DNA from: Octopus bimaculoides
Lineage: Eukaryota
Direction of reading: 5' to 3'
Assembly: GCF_001194135.2 (NCBI RefSeq)
Contig: NC_068989.1
Coordinates: forward strand, 15,252,030 to 15,286,249
DNA length: 34,220 nt
Below the pieces are notes generated by a model. That model was not told the origin of the DNA and did not search any database. It saw nothing but the letters and a program-made list of their open reading frames with translations. Positions 11,262 through 24,642 of the stretch are shown here, piece by piece. Each line of letters opens with the position of its first letter. Position 1 is the stretch's first letter. Both the position numbers and the translations under genes were made by a program.

Positions 11262-11342
11262 TGAAACACCTTTGGCAATAGATCTATTTGATCACGACTG
11301 ACCTGGGGCTAAACAACCACCAACACCACCACCGCCGCCGCC

Positions 11343-11344
11343 AT

Positions 11345-11403
<59 letters not shown>
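11343..11403. repeat. (ACT)n microsatellite
   Basis: Read directly from the sequence. Confidence 0.95.
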
Positions 11404-11679
11404 AGGAAGACGATGTTATAATGCAGTCTCTCCGTCGATTTTGGAACAGCTCCGAAAAGCAGGCAAATATCCCTGAAACTACATCTCATCTATTCCACCA
11501 CAAAGTACCCAATGGTTAATGTGTAATCCGGAATAGCCTGTCTGAATAAAAGATGGGTTGGTCATATCCCCAATGCCTTTGAGCATCGGCCTAGTAGATA
11601 AGGAATGGCAATGGTCAACCATTAGCAACAACAACACATGAAAAAAAATCAAAACGACCTCTTTTCATATTATTGCTGG

Positions 11680-11935
11680 TGAAATGAATGTGCAAGTGGC
11701 CGAGCTCTCCACAGACATGCATATCCTTAACATAGATCTCAGGGAGATTCAGAGTGACACAGAATGTGACGAGGCCGGTCCTTAGAATTACAGGTTATAC
11801 TCATTTTTACCATTATTCCACAGACTGGAGTAACGTGAAATAATGTCTGTTGCTTTAGGATACAACGTGAAGCCGGGAATCGAACTCACGATCACGAGCC
11901 GAATACGCCTAAACAATAAGCCACGCGCATTCACT
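11680..11935 (-). mobile_element. Diverged tRNA-derived SINE (family C-related)
   Basis: Shares the GTGCAAGTGGC.GAGC.CTCCACAGACA..CAG.GTGACAC..AATGTGAC block with 15773-16162. Reverse B-box GGGAATCGAACTC. Confidence 0.8.
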
Positions 11936-12439
11936 CATCTCGTATTACTAACAACATAACTAAACTTCAACACTTACCCCATACGAACAAGTAATATCCT
12001 ATTAAACGTTTTGGTTGCTTAAAAGTAGCAGTAAGTAGACGGTACAGGTAAAATCCTTCGATGAACATACAGCTGAAGTTGGTGTTACGGCAGTATCGCG
12101 TTATGAAGTACAGGAACCGGCAGCCAACCTGAGGCAAAATAAGAAAGAAAAATTATTCTGTTCAGGATACAGCGTCCTCTGCTGGCAGAGTATGGCACTA
12201 AGGATAACATAAGATTTACAAATTGGTGATTATGAGAAAGTTAAAAATGACCAGAAAATTATTGTTGTTATTGCTGAAAATATAGGGTTTGTTACCGACG
12301 CAAAATGTAGCCAAATTGGAAGTGTTATGAAGTCGTCCGATAAAATTCTTTTCAGATATCGTTCGGTTTTCTACGCTTGAAGAATAAGTCCGGCATGGGT
12401 TATCGTTATCTTTCAACGTTTTAGTGTCGTTTGTAAAGA

Positions 12440-12870
12440 ACCAGTCCAAGGCGTTGAGGTATGCTGTTCCATGCAGGAGAGAAATTTACTATCATTTTGA
12501 TAGACATGGACCAGCAAAATGGAGAGGGTGAGGATATTGGTTGTATGGCCAGAATCAAACATCTGGAGGCTAGGGGCACGCGTTGTGATACAGGAAGACT
12601 ACACGATCCTGTGTATGAATAGAAACCACTTGGAACTGACGTGAGCATCCTGATCCAGAAAAAGATCAAAAAGCCTGGAACAAGAAACCGACCACACAGA
12701 CCCTCCAAATGGAATGAAACTCCACTTTTTGGCAGATAGTAGAAAGCTTAATAGGAGTACTATCCTTGACTACTCAAGGATATTCTACCAACTATAGAGG
12801 CCATGACAACAGAGAACTTAACTGCTACAAACTTTGCAACCGTCATCAATTACTTTACGTTCCACTAGAA
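12440..12870 (+). mobile_element. Possible highly decayed LINE apurinic-endonuclease N-terminal fragment
   Basis: Frameshifted patches resembling RW.G.G..QEDYTI, GILIQKKI and TVIN...P. Weak. Confidence 0.3.
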
Positions 12871-13329
12871 GAGGAAGGTGAGATGTAGAGGAAGGTGCTT
12901 CCCTCCAGCCTTTTTGCTTGAATGTTTAATGAAAGTACGAATTTTGTTTGAAGTAAATGTTTACGGAGAAGAGAATACAGCCGAGGGAGAACAATTCGGG
13001 ATCTGTGGGAATTTTTCTTTGGCCCTACATGGATATACTCTCATTGAGCCTTTTTTTCTTTTTATTTCTTTTTGTGAGGTTTGTTATGATCGTTTCCGAT
13101 GTCCTTTTAATTCTACGTTTGTTGTGAGGTGTATGTTCAATTTGAGTTGTATTATATTGTTAGAAAATGTTTGTATTTCTCATATATACTACCTGGTATG
13201 TATTATAGTATTGGTTAGGAACTGTGTACAGTATGTGTTGTTTGAGCTGTTTTATATAACCGATTGGCGATTGGGTGGTACTTAGTAGTGTTTGGTAATG
13301 TGTGAACTATTTTAACCACGCTATTAAAT

Positions 13330-14190
13330 TGAATATAATGGAGGCTGACACCTACCAGGGCTATTTTTTCGGTCTGAATGTAAAATTGTGACTCCTAGTA
13401 TGAGTTTTATGTTATTGTTCATTGTACTTTGTGCCCCAGCTATTGGTGCTGTTTTTACGTTCATATCAACTTTATCCTGCTTTCTTTCAACTTCAAAGTT
13501 GTATATTAAAAGTTTCTTGACCTTCCTTGTATTGATGTTTTAGTCATAAGGGATCGACATGCTAATTCAAGTTACAGATCTTTAATATTGGTATCTCTTG
13601 CGTTTTTATTTTCAGAAATCCATATACATTCTTCACCAGCAATTATTCATCTCTTAATCCGCATTTGTTTACTGTTCATTGAATTCAGTTGTCACAAGTT
13701 CACGAGTACTGGCAAGGTGTTTTAACTAGAAATTGGAAACTTTGTTAAGTCAGAGAGCTCTCTGGCTGAATACAGCTTCTATTGTATCACTGAATCTCTT
13801 GATAGTTATCTGGAGCCATGCTTGCTGTGTGATTGTATTTTTCTGATCCTGTTTCTTTCCGACTAACTATAATTCTTGCTGTGTTTCCTTATCTCTGCCA
13901 AATGCTTTTGTTTCATGTTATGCATTGCTTGAACTTCCGTTCATATTCGTGTGCAATCCAGTGTTATGCATTCGGTAATTTTCCTTTAAATGTTTGAGGT
14001 TTTGATTCAATTAGATTTTTCTGAATAAAAATGCTTACGCTTTTCGAACACGATTTTGCTGATATGATTCGATGAAACTTTTCTTTTACTTGTCGGATGT
14101 CATTTTTTTTTATCGATTTAATATATTTGCTTTCCTTCGCTTTCCATATCAGACGTCTTCCTTGCGATTTCGCTAAGAATGGATAAGTTT
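13330..14190 (-). mobile_element. Decayed R4/Dong-like RLE retrotransposon fragment
   Basis: Minus-strand patches DTIEAVFSQ (cf. ETEAVI.AAQ), MSIPYD*NI, VKTAPIAGAQST (cf. VPI..GAL.T) and KIALVG. Many stops and frameshifts. Confidence 0.6.
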
Positions 14191-14689
14191 TTTCTACAGA
14201 AGATAGTGGGGAACACACACACACACGGCTTCTTTTTTTCTTTTTTTTTCCTTAGGTTTGGCCGAAGAGGATTTTACTTGATACTACAGTGGTTTCTGCA
14301 CGTTGCTATTCAGGTTCTGCTGCGAGAAAATTTCTTACAGTGGGTTGTCAAGAGAAGAGACGAGTGAGTCAGTGACGCCTGAATGGTTACCAGCCATGAA
14401 ATTAGCTAGTTCTGAGGAACAGAGGGCATTATAATCGCGGTAGAAAAGGGAGAGAGAAGAAACAGGGGCTGCAGTGATTCTGGGAGTGATTTTATGCAAA
14501 TTAGTCATGAGGCTTTACTCATAGCCTAATCCATAGTTAAAGAAATACCTAATGAGTTTCTTTTCTAAAAACAATAATTAGGAACATTTTGGAAACATGA
14601 ATAAAAGTGATCAACCGATTTCTTCAAAAGCAAGGCGATACACTATTCTTATTCATCATCTGTCACGTCCTTCGCAATTCAGTTCATTA

Positions 14690-14900
14690 ATTAAAGAACT
14701 CAGCTTCACTCTAACAAAATTCGCCGTCTGTCGTCATCCATACACTACAATAACTAACGCAGATTATGTCGATGATGTTGCTCTTTTCGTAGGCATCATC
14801 TAAGAAGTCGTTACGCCATATATAACATTGAAAAAGCAGCAGAATTATTTGTCTTTATGTCAATACCTCAAAGGTTGAATACATCTGCTATAACGTAGAG
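14690..14900 (+). mobile_element. RTE-clade reverse transcriptase fragment
   Basis: LSFTLTK..CRHPYTTITNADYVDDVALF, then IEKAA and VNTSKVEYICYN (RT YADD region). Confidence 0.7.
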
Positions 14901-14949
14901 CAATCAAACAAAAGCATAGTCGGTCGTCAAGTAAAAGAGAAGTGTACTA

Positions 14950-16530
14950 AACCAAAACTGGATTTATAAATACTTAAGATGAGTGAAATAAGCAGTGTAG
15001 AAATCTAGAAAACAGAAAAGAAAGAAAAGTTTAAGAAGTCATATTACAAGGATATTAGATTAATATTTATAATAGCGCCTAATACAAAATATAAGATTAT
15101 AGGAATCAATACTGTAGTTTATGATTACATGTTCGAGTGAACGCAACTTGTAATAGACTGAAAAAAGGGAAATAATAACTAAGTTTATAATACGCTACAC
15201 AAAATATGACATAAAAAGACTTTAAAACGTAAACAGGCAGAAAGAGCACGTAAGGTAACTAGAAAAGCTATTATAAAATATCCACTGTAGTTCTGTAGTT
15301 CTCCATACATATCTAGTAAAGAACAATAGAAAAGTAACAGAAATATAAAAACAACACGAACAAAAACCTGTTTTCTGTTTTTAGGGATACTGATAAATAC
15401 AAAATGCAAGGTGAAATGATATTTAGCTGTGAAGAGAAAAAGAAACAAAATAAATTGTATAAAAATTTAAAAACTAAACTGAAAAATGGGGGTTACATAA
15501 TGTCATTTATGTATCCAACACCTACAGATCCAGTACATGAGAATACTGAACTGATAAAGCAGGAAGCTGACAAAGTGAATTACAACACTGGTTGAAAATC
15601 GCAGAATTCAAAATCGAGATGACTGAAGGATTCACAATTCTGGCATAAAATCGAAGCTTTTTAATCTGAAGCCACCAAAAATGTGTAATGAAACAGAATA
15701 CATTGCTTAACTTCTAAATGCGTAGAAATTGGGGAAAACAGCTGATCGTATCGTCTCTGATTAGTTAGTCATGTTGTTGTTGTTGGCACTCCGTCGCTTA
15801 CGACGTCGAGGGTTCCAGTTGACCCGATCAACGGAACAGTCTGCTCTTGAGATTAACGTGCAAGTGGCTGAGCACTCCACAGACACGTGTACCATTAACG
15901 TAGTTCTCGGGGATATTCAGCGTGACACAATGTGACAAGGCTGACCCTTTGAATTACAGGCACAACAGAAACAGGAAGTAAGAGTGAGAGAAAGTTGTGG
16001 TGAACGAGTACAGCAGGGTTCGCCATCATCCCCTGCCGGAGCCTCGTGGAGCTTTAGGTGTTTTCGCTCAATAAACACTCACAACGCCTAGTCTGGGAAT
16101 CGAAACCGCGATCCTATGACCGCGAGTCCGCTGCCCTAACCACTGGGCCATTGCGCCTCCACTTAGTCATAGACAAGAGACAACACAGCAAGTGGAATGA
16201 CCTTTAGTACATATAAACTATGCCAGCATAATGAAATTCTAACAGAAAAAGAGGTAGTGTAAACATTTGCCAAAAACAGGCCTCAGAGAATGATAAAGCA
16301 ACCGTACTGTTGGATATACCAATCCTAAAAGATTGAGAGTCAACGTTAAACAGTCAGATATTATTGTCAAGAGCTATAATGAAAGGAAGTGCCTTCGAAT
16401 GGGTGTACGAGTCCCAATAGTCGATAACGTAGCTCTAAAAGGACTGGGGTAAAATACTTCGAAGAAAAACATTTGGAAATAAAAATATCTTGAATGTGGG
16501 GACTGACAATAGAAATAATCCTTGTAAAAT
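14950..16530 (+). mobile_element. Decayed R4/Dong-like element (RT thumb to RLE), interrupted by a SINE
   Basis: YKYL, KEKFKKSYYKDIRLI..NTKYKIIGINT, WLKIAEFKIEMTEGF; after the SINE, YKLCQHNEI, ENDKATVL, QSDIIVKSYNERKCL. Confidence 0.7.
15773..16162 (-). mobile_element. Full-length tRNA-derived SINE, family C, with (CAA)n tail and 8-bp TSD
   Basis: Minus strand starts GTGGAGGCGCAATGGCCCAGTGGTTAGGGCAGCGGACTCGCGG..GGTTTCGATTCCC and ends GCCAACAACAACAAC. TTAGTCAT occurs at 15765-15772 and 16163-16170. Confidence 0.93.
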
Positions 16531-16581
16531 ATATTATTTCATTTTATATATTAGTTTCAAATTTTTACACAAAGCGAGAAT

Positions 16582-16730
16582 GTCTATTAGATCGATCCCA
16601 GTGCTCGACTGGTACTTATTTTATCGATCTCGAAAAGATGAAAGGCTAAGACGATTCGGAAGGTTAAGACGGACGAAATACCGCCAAGCATTTCGTCCGG
16701 TGTGCTAATGATTCTGCCAACTTGCTGCCT
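16582..16730 (-). mobile_element. Family B SINE fragment
   Basis: Reverse complement AGGCAGCAAGTTGGCAGAATCATTAGCAC..GAAATGCTTGGCGGTATTTCGTC..GATAAAATAAGTACCAG matches the 10598 unit. Confidence 0.85.
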
Positions 16731-16869
16731 TATATCTTATATTATATATTGAACTCTATTTCAAGTACTAATTTAATGGCCTTAAAATATTCCCCCTCAA
16801 CTTAGGAAAGAAAAACAGATATGTCGATAAACAAATAAAACTCCAGGATTTATCATTGGTAAGGCTATA

Positions 16870-17265
16870 GGTTCAGGCAAGGCTGTGTTTGCAACTACGT
16901 GGCTTCAAGTTCAGCCCCACCGACCGGATCAGGTAATGCCTTGTAGATAGAAACTGTGTGGAAGCCCTCACATATATATGTGTGTGTGTGTTTGTGTGTC
17001 TTTGTGTGTGTGTTTGTATGTATCGTTGTGTGTGTATGTGTATGTGTGTATGTGTTTGTGGTTGTTTCTGTATTCCTCACTATTACCTGACAACCTGTAT
17101 TGATTTATGTCTCCGTAATTTAGCGGTCCGTTAAAAGAGACTGGTGAAGTAAGTACCGGGGGAGATTTGTTCGACTAGACCCTTCAAGGTGGTGCCCCAG
17201 CATGGCCACAGTACACTGATCGAAACAAGTAAAAGATGAAAGATAAAAGGTAAAAGATAAAAGAA
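16870..17265 (+). mobile_element. Diverged family A SINE
   Basis: TAGATAGAAACTG..GAAGCCC core, internal (GT)n, GTAATTTAGCGG, GATTTGTTCGACT, CCAGCATGGCCACAGT, AAAAGAT tail. Confidence 0.8.
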
Positions 17266-17929
17266 ATATGAAAATAAGCGCCACAGAGCATTACGTAGAT
17301 CGTAGACAGCGCCAAATCAAAACTAAACACTGCACACACACACAAGAACACAGAACTACACTCAATAGTGCAGCGAAATAAAATAACGCAATAAAAATAA
17401 GACAACTAAAAGAAAATATTAGAAAACGCAAAAATCAAACAAAAAGTATCTGTACTCAAACCTCGTAGCACTGTGCTTGGCTGTAAAAGCAGGTAATAAA
17501 AATAAAACTACTGAAGTGATAATAATGTTGATGACGACTTGTGACAGTGAAGCATGGCTACTAATAGTCTGGTTGTGTAATAATATTTTTTGTTATATAT
17601 TTTACTGTTGTTCACTATAGTGTTCTCAAGAAAATAAAACGATAACATATCAACGATAACTGATCAGCAAGTAAGTTATTTATTATTGAAAGATTTATGA
17701 CGAATACCAGAAGATTCGTTAATCCTATGAAATAGTTTTTCTTACTCCAGGCTGCAATCTGGTACTTTCCGCGTAATTTTAAGTGCACAAACTAATAAAA
17801 TATTGTAACGAGGGACGCGAAATTTGAAATAAGATCGAAGCGACCATTCAACCAAACCGCATAACCTAAGGAAGTCATAAACCCTAACCCTCACCCTTTC
17901 ATCTTCCTTGGTTTTTCAGTAGACTTAAT

Positions 17930-20900
17930 GTCTCCAACGTTTTCCTCCCTGTTTATATCACTTAACCCTTCCGGGGTCGTCCTACTTCTCTTCTATAAGG
18001 GATTTGTCCAACAAGACTATATTTTTTAAAGATGATGGTGTCGCTGTTTCGTGTCCCGTTACCAAATTCCTTTATTTTCCACACTTATGACAACCGACAA
18101 AGGTGTTTCATGGTTCGCAATCATTTAAACAATTTCTTTCTTAATATTCTTGTTAGTTCGATTATTCTATAAAAGGAACGTGAAGCCTTTTCTTTTTAAA
18201 TAACTTTTCGTTTCATATGCCACCATTTTTTTTCTCAATTTTAGCTTCTAACGTCTATGATTCTAACTCAAAGTGCAGCCAAAGTTACCCCGGCTGTTAA
18301 AAATCGATTTGTTATAATCACTTTACTTTTGAAAACAGGATCTGATTTTGCAAACGCACCATAGCTGTTGCAATATTTCTTTCCTGATACGACTTCTTCC
18401 GTTATTGTTATCCATTAACTTGTTGGAGCACCTACCCTGCTATTTAAGCTTTCTATTTGTTATTGGGTTTTTCCCCAGTACTTATCACACCACATCTATT
18501 TGCAATTGTATCAAGATATGTCGTCGGATCTTTGAGTTCTTCATTTTGTTCCCGTAAACCAAAACCATCGACAAAACGGAGATTATATATATTTCTCTAC
18601 CTTTTACTTCTATATTCTATTGAAATGATTCAAGGGCTTCCATCATTATAAATCTAAAAGCAATTTAAAAGGCTTTGGTGTAAATTCACGCTGTTGTCTG
18701 ATACCAACTTTATTATTAGTCAGTTACTTTATGGATTGGCAGTGAAAACCAAGTATTTTACGTTTTCGTATAATGGTTTTATAACATTTGCTATTAGCAG
18801 TAGGCTGATGTAATATTTTCTCATAATAAACCCTACTGTCCTTTGCCACACATAATTAAACCTTCTTTTTGGTCAATAAAGATGTGATGAAGGTCTGACT
18901 CATGTTCCAAACATTTTTGCCAGAATATTAACGGTTAATCTCTCTTCTTGTAAACTAACCTGTTTTTACTACCCACCATTTTTATAATTGGTTTCAGTAG
19001 AGTAAAGCATACAGCAAAACCTTGCTTTGGTGGTTAATAAAACTAATTGAACGGCTGTTTTCGCTACTTTGGTCTTTCCTTTCTTTGATAGTGGCAAAGC
19101 AATTTATTATGTCGATTTACTCCAGCACATAAAACACAATTACAAATTTCACGCAGAATCTCAGTGAAATATTTACTTCCTGGGTTTAATAGTTCTGCAT
19201 TTGTGTAAACTGTTCCGGATGATTTATTGCAATTTACTTTCCTAATTACTTGCATAACATGTTTGAAGTGATTGTTGATCCGTGCTGTTTATTAAAGGGA
19301 ATTTCCTTTCTTAATTATTCTAACACGTTATAATCTTCTGCTTCGAGACAATAAAGTTCCTTCAGAGTGTTCTCTTCATCTATCATTTATTTTATTCCTT
19401 TTGTTTAGTATGTTATCATACTTATCTTTAACAACTTGACATTTAGATATCATTTCTTTGGTATTCCTATCTTGAGTTTTTTGCCCTATGACATTTGATA
19501 TCTTTCTATGTCTTTGGTACCATAATTTATTATTTATTTTCCTATTAGCCAATCTATAATCCATTTCCACTATTTAGTTTTTCATACTGTTCCCGTTTCA
19601 GATCTCCTCTTTCATCACAACTGATTAAAATATATTTATCAAATAAATCTTAACTTTCTTCCTTTTAGTAAACTTTCTGTCGATTATTATTTCTTCAAAG
19701 GAAGGCTGTGAGCTGGCAGAACCGTTTAATACGCCGTCTTTACGCTCTGTGTTCAAATTCTTTTGCAGTCGATTTTGCCTTCATCTTTTCATCCCCTCCC
19801 CCAAAATTTTAGGCCTTTTACCCACAGAAGAAAGAATTATTTCTTCAAAGGCTCCTGCTAATTTTTTTTAATACTTGAAGGCAATAATACTAAATGCAAT
19901 AAAACTAAAAATTGTACTAAAAAGCTACTTTTACTTCTTACTTGTGCTTTGAACTCTTTTGCTATATTCGCGTCCCAAAATTTTTCAAGATTTATTTTAT
20001 TCTTGTAATCTGATTGTTTGCAACTGATTCGAGCTCAACTTTTTATTGTTGTTATTTAAAATTTGTGATCGCTGTACAAATCTGCACTTGAAATACTTGT
20101 ATTTTATCTCCATTTGGATATTTTTTTTGAAATGAGAATAAAATCGATCTGATTATTATATATAGTATACATCTCTCTTGGCTATTGTTATTGTTTTTGA
20201 TGGTTTGTGTTGATCAATTTTGATTGCTATAATTAGTTTGTATTTTCATGCAAATTCTAATCATCTTACTCCTCTCTTAGTTTTTTTCCAAGACACTTTT
20301 CTTAATATCAAGAGCATTTGATCTATTTTTTGCCTACAAGCCACCTTGAATAAGTGAGTCATTTCTTTTTTTTCACCAATTGGTTCTCTTTGCTCTTGAT
20401 CTGAAATCTTCAACTCATCATTGTATGGCTATTTCAATTTCTTCTTACTTTTAGCATTTAACGTCAACGATTCTTCCCCATAAAATACAACCGATTAAAA
20501 TGTAAATAAAAGCGACCAAAATACCGTAACGCTTAGCTTCAAGTATTATTTTAATCATTCTGTTGGAAATCGTTAAGCTATTTTAACGTATTTTTTTATG
20601 CCACATGAATCCGATACCATTATCATGTTCGCTCTCTCCACTGTGTGACCATTATCTGTACTTTCTCCACATTTTGTCCATCATGTTTCAACAAACTATA
20701 AAATATATCACGAATATCTCTCCATCCTATAAGTTAATTGCAGTTTTCCAGATTGATAAATCGTTCGTTCATTTCAAGTTTCAACTAAATATATACATTA
20801 AAAAAAAAACACATTTGGTTGGTTTTAAATTTTACTTAGGTTCTTTAGCAGCAGGAACGCGTTCGTTTCTTTTCGATATGATATTCAAGTTTCACGGAGT

Positions 20901-21050
20901 TATCATGAAATGTTTAATCAGCAGATGTTCTGATGGAGCCGATTTCCTCTTTAGCGTAACTGTCAGTTGGCTTCTCTGTGTGAGGCTCATCCACACTTTC
21001 ACATATCTATTTTTAATTTGATTGGTTCCACCACAACCCTCTTCACTTTT
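17930..21050 (-). mobile_element. Near-full-length but heavily decayed RTE-clade LINE (APE + RT)
   Basis: Collinear minus-strand motifs: TWNERTIYQSGKLQ (~20770), SGESEHDNGIGFMWHKK (~20610), NQIDFIL and SADLYSDH (~20100), DLHHIFID (~18890), VGIRQ (~18700), NLRFVD (~18575), GRPRKG (~17975). Confidence 0.75.
19702..19835 (+). mobile_element. Shortened family B SINE inserted in the RTE, 16-bp TSD
   Basis: GGCTGTGAGCTGGCAGAA head and GTTCAAATTC. ATTATTTCTTCAAAGG occurs at 19686-19701 and 19836-19851. Confidence 0.85.
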
Positions 21051-21820
21051 TACTCAGTAAGCCAGTAAGTTCGAAGAGAACATATATCAATTATTGAGAG
21101 ATAATATGATAGACTTAACACAAAATTGGTCAACAGTTACTCATTCGACCAAATGTGTATGAATGAAATGCTACAAGTGTGGCGAAATTGCTCGTGTAGT
21201 GTTAAGAAAGTGTAATACTGAGAAAAGGTCTCAGTTTTCTAGGCGTTAACTCTCAAGACCATTTCATTCATATGCTGCGACGGTTACTGAGGTGATGATC
21301 GGAAATTTGAAAAACTGTAACAGTTAACAGCATGCTGAAGTTCAGAGATTTGTTCAGATCTGAGCTTGGAGTTAGTTTGATGTTTAAAAGTTTTGCACCA
21401 AGTCGGAAAGTAACAATAACTACCAAATCTATTTCAATCCTGGATAACAACGTGGTTACCCAGATAAAGACTCAAATATCTGGGGCATACATATGCATAA
21501 ATTGGCTCACACACACACACACACACAAGAAAACACACACACAGACATACGTGCACACACTCATATACACACACTCATATACACACACTCACATATGTAT
21601 AAAATTGTTTACCGTGTTTCTGGAGAGGTTCGAATTTCCACCTTTATTCCGGAACTGATTATAGAAAATAAGAATGTCCCAAAGAAAATGAGAGAACGCC
21701 GTCAAGATTAGAGAGAGGAAGAGACAGATGTGAATACGGATCCGCTGCTGTATTCGAAGTGGTCTGAAAATAAGAAATTAATTCATTAATAATATACAAA
21801 GAACGATGCGGGGTCAACAA

Positions 21821-21821
<1 letters not shown>

Positions 21822-21887
<66 letters not shown>
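21822..21887. repeat. (AC)n microsatellite
   Basis: Read directly from the sequence. Confidence 0.95.
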
Positions 21888-21889
<2 letters not shown>

Positions 21890-21928
21890 TAAATATGTAT
21901 ATATGTATTTATGTAATTGTTATGCTTG

Positions 21929-22130
21929 TATTCGAGGTATGATCAATAAGTATCCGGATTGTTACTATAGTAACGAAACTAAAGTAGGAAAAGTAAAGCC
22001 GCTCGGCACAGAGTGACCATGAACTCTGCTGTGCATTTGTACTAAATTTTAACGTTCTAGCTAAGGTATATAGTCCATGTTTTTGTATTATAGTGCATTG
22101 TTGTACCATTCAAAACTTTTTATTCTTTAC
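21929..22130 (+). mobile_element. Probable mariner-like terminal fragment
   Basis: TA-TTCGAGGTATGATCAATAAGTATCCGGA resembles mariner TIR starts. No partner TIR was found. Confidence 0.4.
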
Positions 22131-22449
22131 AATCAATACACAATGCTTCAAGCGAACTACAATACTCTCCTATATATACGTATGTTTATATGTTTATATA
22201 TACAAGGTACAGAGAATATCTGAGGATACTTAATTATCAGTATATTATTCTCTTCAGGCCAATGAAGAGATTTCTATTTCTTTTAGATCATCCATAGTTG
22301 ACAAAATGGTTAACACAAGAAATAGGAAGACATGCAGTCATTGTTTTTTTCAATATATGGGGAGCACAGCAATCTAGAAATTGTCAACTTTCTAAATGCT
22401 GCAAGATCATTTGTGGAATTGGAGATTTCTAATAGGAATGTCTCAACCC

Positions 22450-22486
<37 letters not shown>

Positions 22487-23347
22487 AAAAACGTTCTACA
22501 TGTTTGGACACTATAAAGGCACAGCTAGTCATCCAACAGATAAAAAGTTTAAAAGAAGGAGAATACGCGGAAGAAAATTCCATAGCGATTAAACGTGTTT
22601 GGTGATAACTTTGGGTAAGCAACCAATCAGGACAAGAATGTAAGTCTTAAAAATTTACATATACAAAGCAATATCGGTATGAAATATAATTTAAGTTTTT
22701 TCGAGAAAAGCAAGCGATGAACAATTCTCATAACAGCAGAATTTCTAAAGCATTTTAATATTTTAAAAATCTTCATATCTAATTTTGCTAATTGAACCTA
22801 TTGCTTTGAAACCTAATGAACTTTCAAATTTCTCTCATGTGTATTTGTTATGAAATTTATTGAACATTTGAAATTCCATAATTTTCTATTACCGTGAAAC
22901 TTATTAAATACTTCATGGTTCATCATATCATTTTACTATGAAACCTACTACATATTTGATTTTTCGAGCATGTATTATCGAGTTAGAAGTTTCTCTTGTG
23001 CATTCTCTTTCTTTCAAACTTTTCTCTCTTTTTTTTTTTTAAATAGAGTTTTATATTTACCATTCATTAGAAAAAAAATGTTGAAATCGGTATGGCATTT
23101 TACAATTCGTTTTAAGATCCAGGTGTATTTCAACTCCCAAAACATTTCTTCAAAATTCCTATTTACGTAGAAACAAATCTCGTTTTCATGCACGCACGCA
23201 CAAATACACACACACATACGCATATATTATAATACATTATATGCATATGTGTGTGTGTGTGTGTGCGTGCGTGTGTGTGAATATATATATTCATAATACA
23301 CACACATACGTGCATATATACATACGTATATATATCGTATATATACA

Positions 23348-23383
<36 letters not shown>

Positions 23384-23609
23384 NNNNNNNNNNNNNNNNN
23401 NNNNNNNNNNNNNNNNNNNNNNNNNNNNNNNNNNNNNNNNNNNNNNNNNNNNNNNNNNNNNNNNNNNNNNNNNNNNNNNNNNNNNNNNNNNNNNNNNNNN
23501 NNNNNNNNNNNNNNNNNNNNNNNNNNNNNNNNNNNNNNNNNNNNNNNNNNNNNNNNNNNNNNNNNNNNNNNNNNNNNNNNNNNNNNNNNNNNNNNNNNNN
23601 NNNNNNNNN

Positions 23610-23648
<39 letters not shown>

Positions 23649-23659
23649 TACATTTGTGT

Positions 23660-23865
23660 GTGTGTTTGTGTGTGTTTGTGTATGTTCTCCAACCTCTTGT
23701 TGGTTTGTTTGTACCCCGTAACATAGCGATTCGACGTTAGAGACTGATAGAATAATTATCTGGCTTAAAAAAAAAGTAAAATTAATCAGATTCGAATAAA
23801 CTATTTAAGGCCTTACTCCAGCATAGCCACAACCCCATGGCTTAAACAAGTAAAAGATAAAAGAT
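23660..23865 (+). mobile_element. Diverged 3' half of a family A SINE
   Basis: CCCCGTAACATAGCG, GAGACTGATAGAATAA, CTCCAGCATAGCCACA and AAACAAGTAAAAGATAAAAGA follow a (GT) run. Confidence 0.7.
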
Positions 23866-24435
23866 ATATAGATGGATGTACTTAACTGCGAGTTACCTAA
23901 ATCTGTTGAAAACGATAGTTAGCTTCTACATATTAAATTCCATCTTGCTTAGAACAGAAAATGCTTGTTCTATTCCAAATGGAATAACAACACGTTTGTA
24001 ATTGAATCGGTTATCGTTATTAACGAGAAATAACATCGCAAATTCCTGCAATTTGATATCCTAGATTTTTATTCTTCCATAGCTAAATTTCTTCTTCGTG
24101 TAGCTTTAAAGTCACATGGTATCAATAAAGGATTATTATGCGTGCAACGAAAATCTTTATATATAACTCTGCTTTACGTGTTATTTCTCCATGGGGGTGT
24201 ATAACAAGGTTGAATTATGCAAAATTACTGGAATATATACTCTGCACGTCCTTCATATAAGAATCTCTATTTTGAATGAAGGTATAAAAAGAAATGTTGA
24301 CTTTATAGTTTCATTTACTACGAACAGCCACACTCTAGATATACTAAAAGAAAAATGACCTTTAGAGAATTACGACAAACGTAAACAAACAAACGAAGTT
24401 TGCTTTTAGAAGCGTTGAGATGTCTTTTAGAAAGT

Positions 24436-24642
24436 TAAAGAAGTGATTTTAAATTCTCAATCGCAGAATAATGCTAATAATATAGCCTGAACAGCCTGAA
24501 CAGGATAAACTATCCCTATTTTGCAGAGAAAAGTCCACAGCTGGCTACCTACACTTTTCTCTGCAAAATAGGGATAGTTTATCCTGTTCAGGCTATATTA
24601 TTAGCATTATTCTGCGATTGAGAATTTAAAATCACTTCTTTA
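24436..24642. repeat. Perfect long inverted repeat (foldback), 90-bp arms, 18-nt loop
   Basis: 24553-24642 is the exact reverse complement of 24436-24534, apart from a 9-nt tandem duplication (CCTGAACAG) in the left arm. Confidence 0.97.

Noticed and set aside
12878-13285. 135-aa ORF as a host gene
   Set aside because: No recognisable domain, T-rich compositional bias, and it lies between TE remnants.
21160-21480. Decayed LTR gag knuckle (KCYKCGEI) and protease-like patch
   Set aside because: The CCHC is incomplete, there is no DSG motif, and no LTR or RT lies nearby. Too weak to call.
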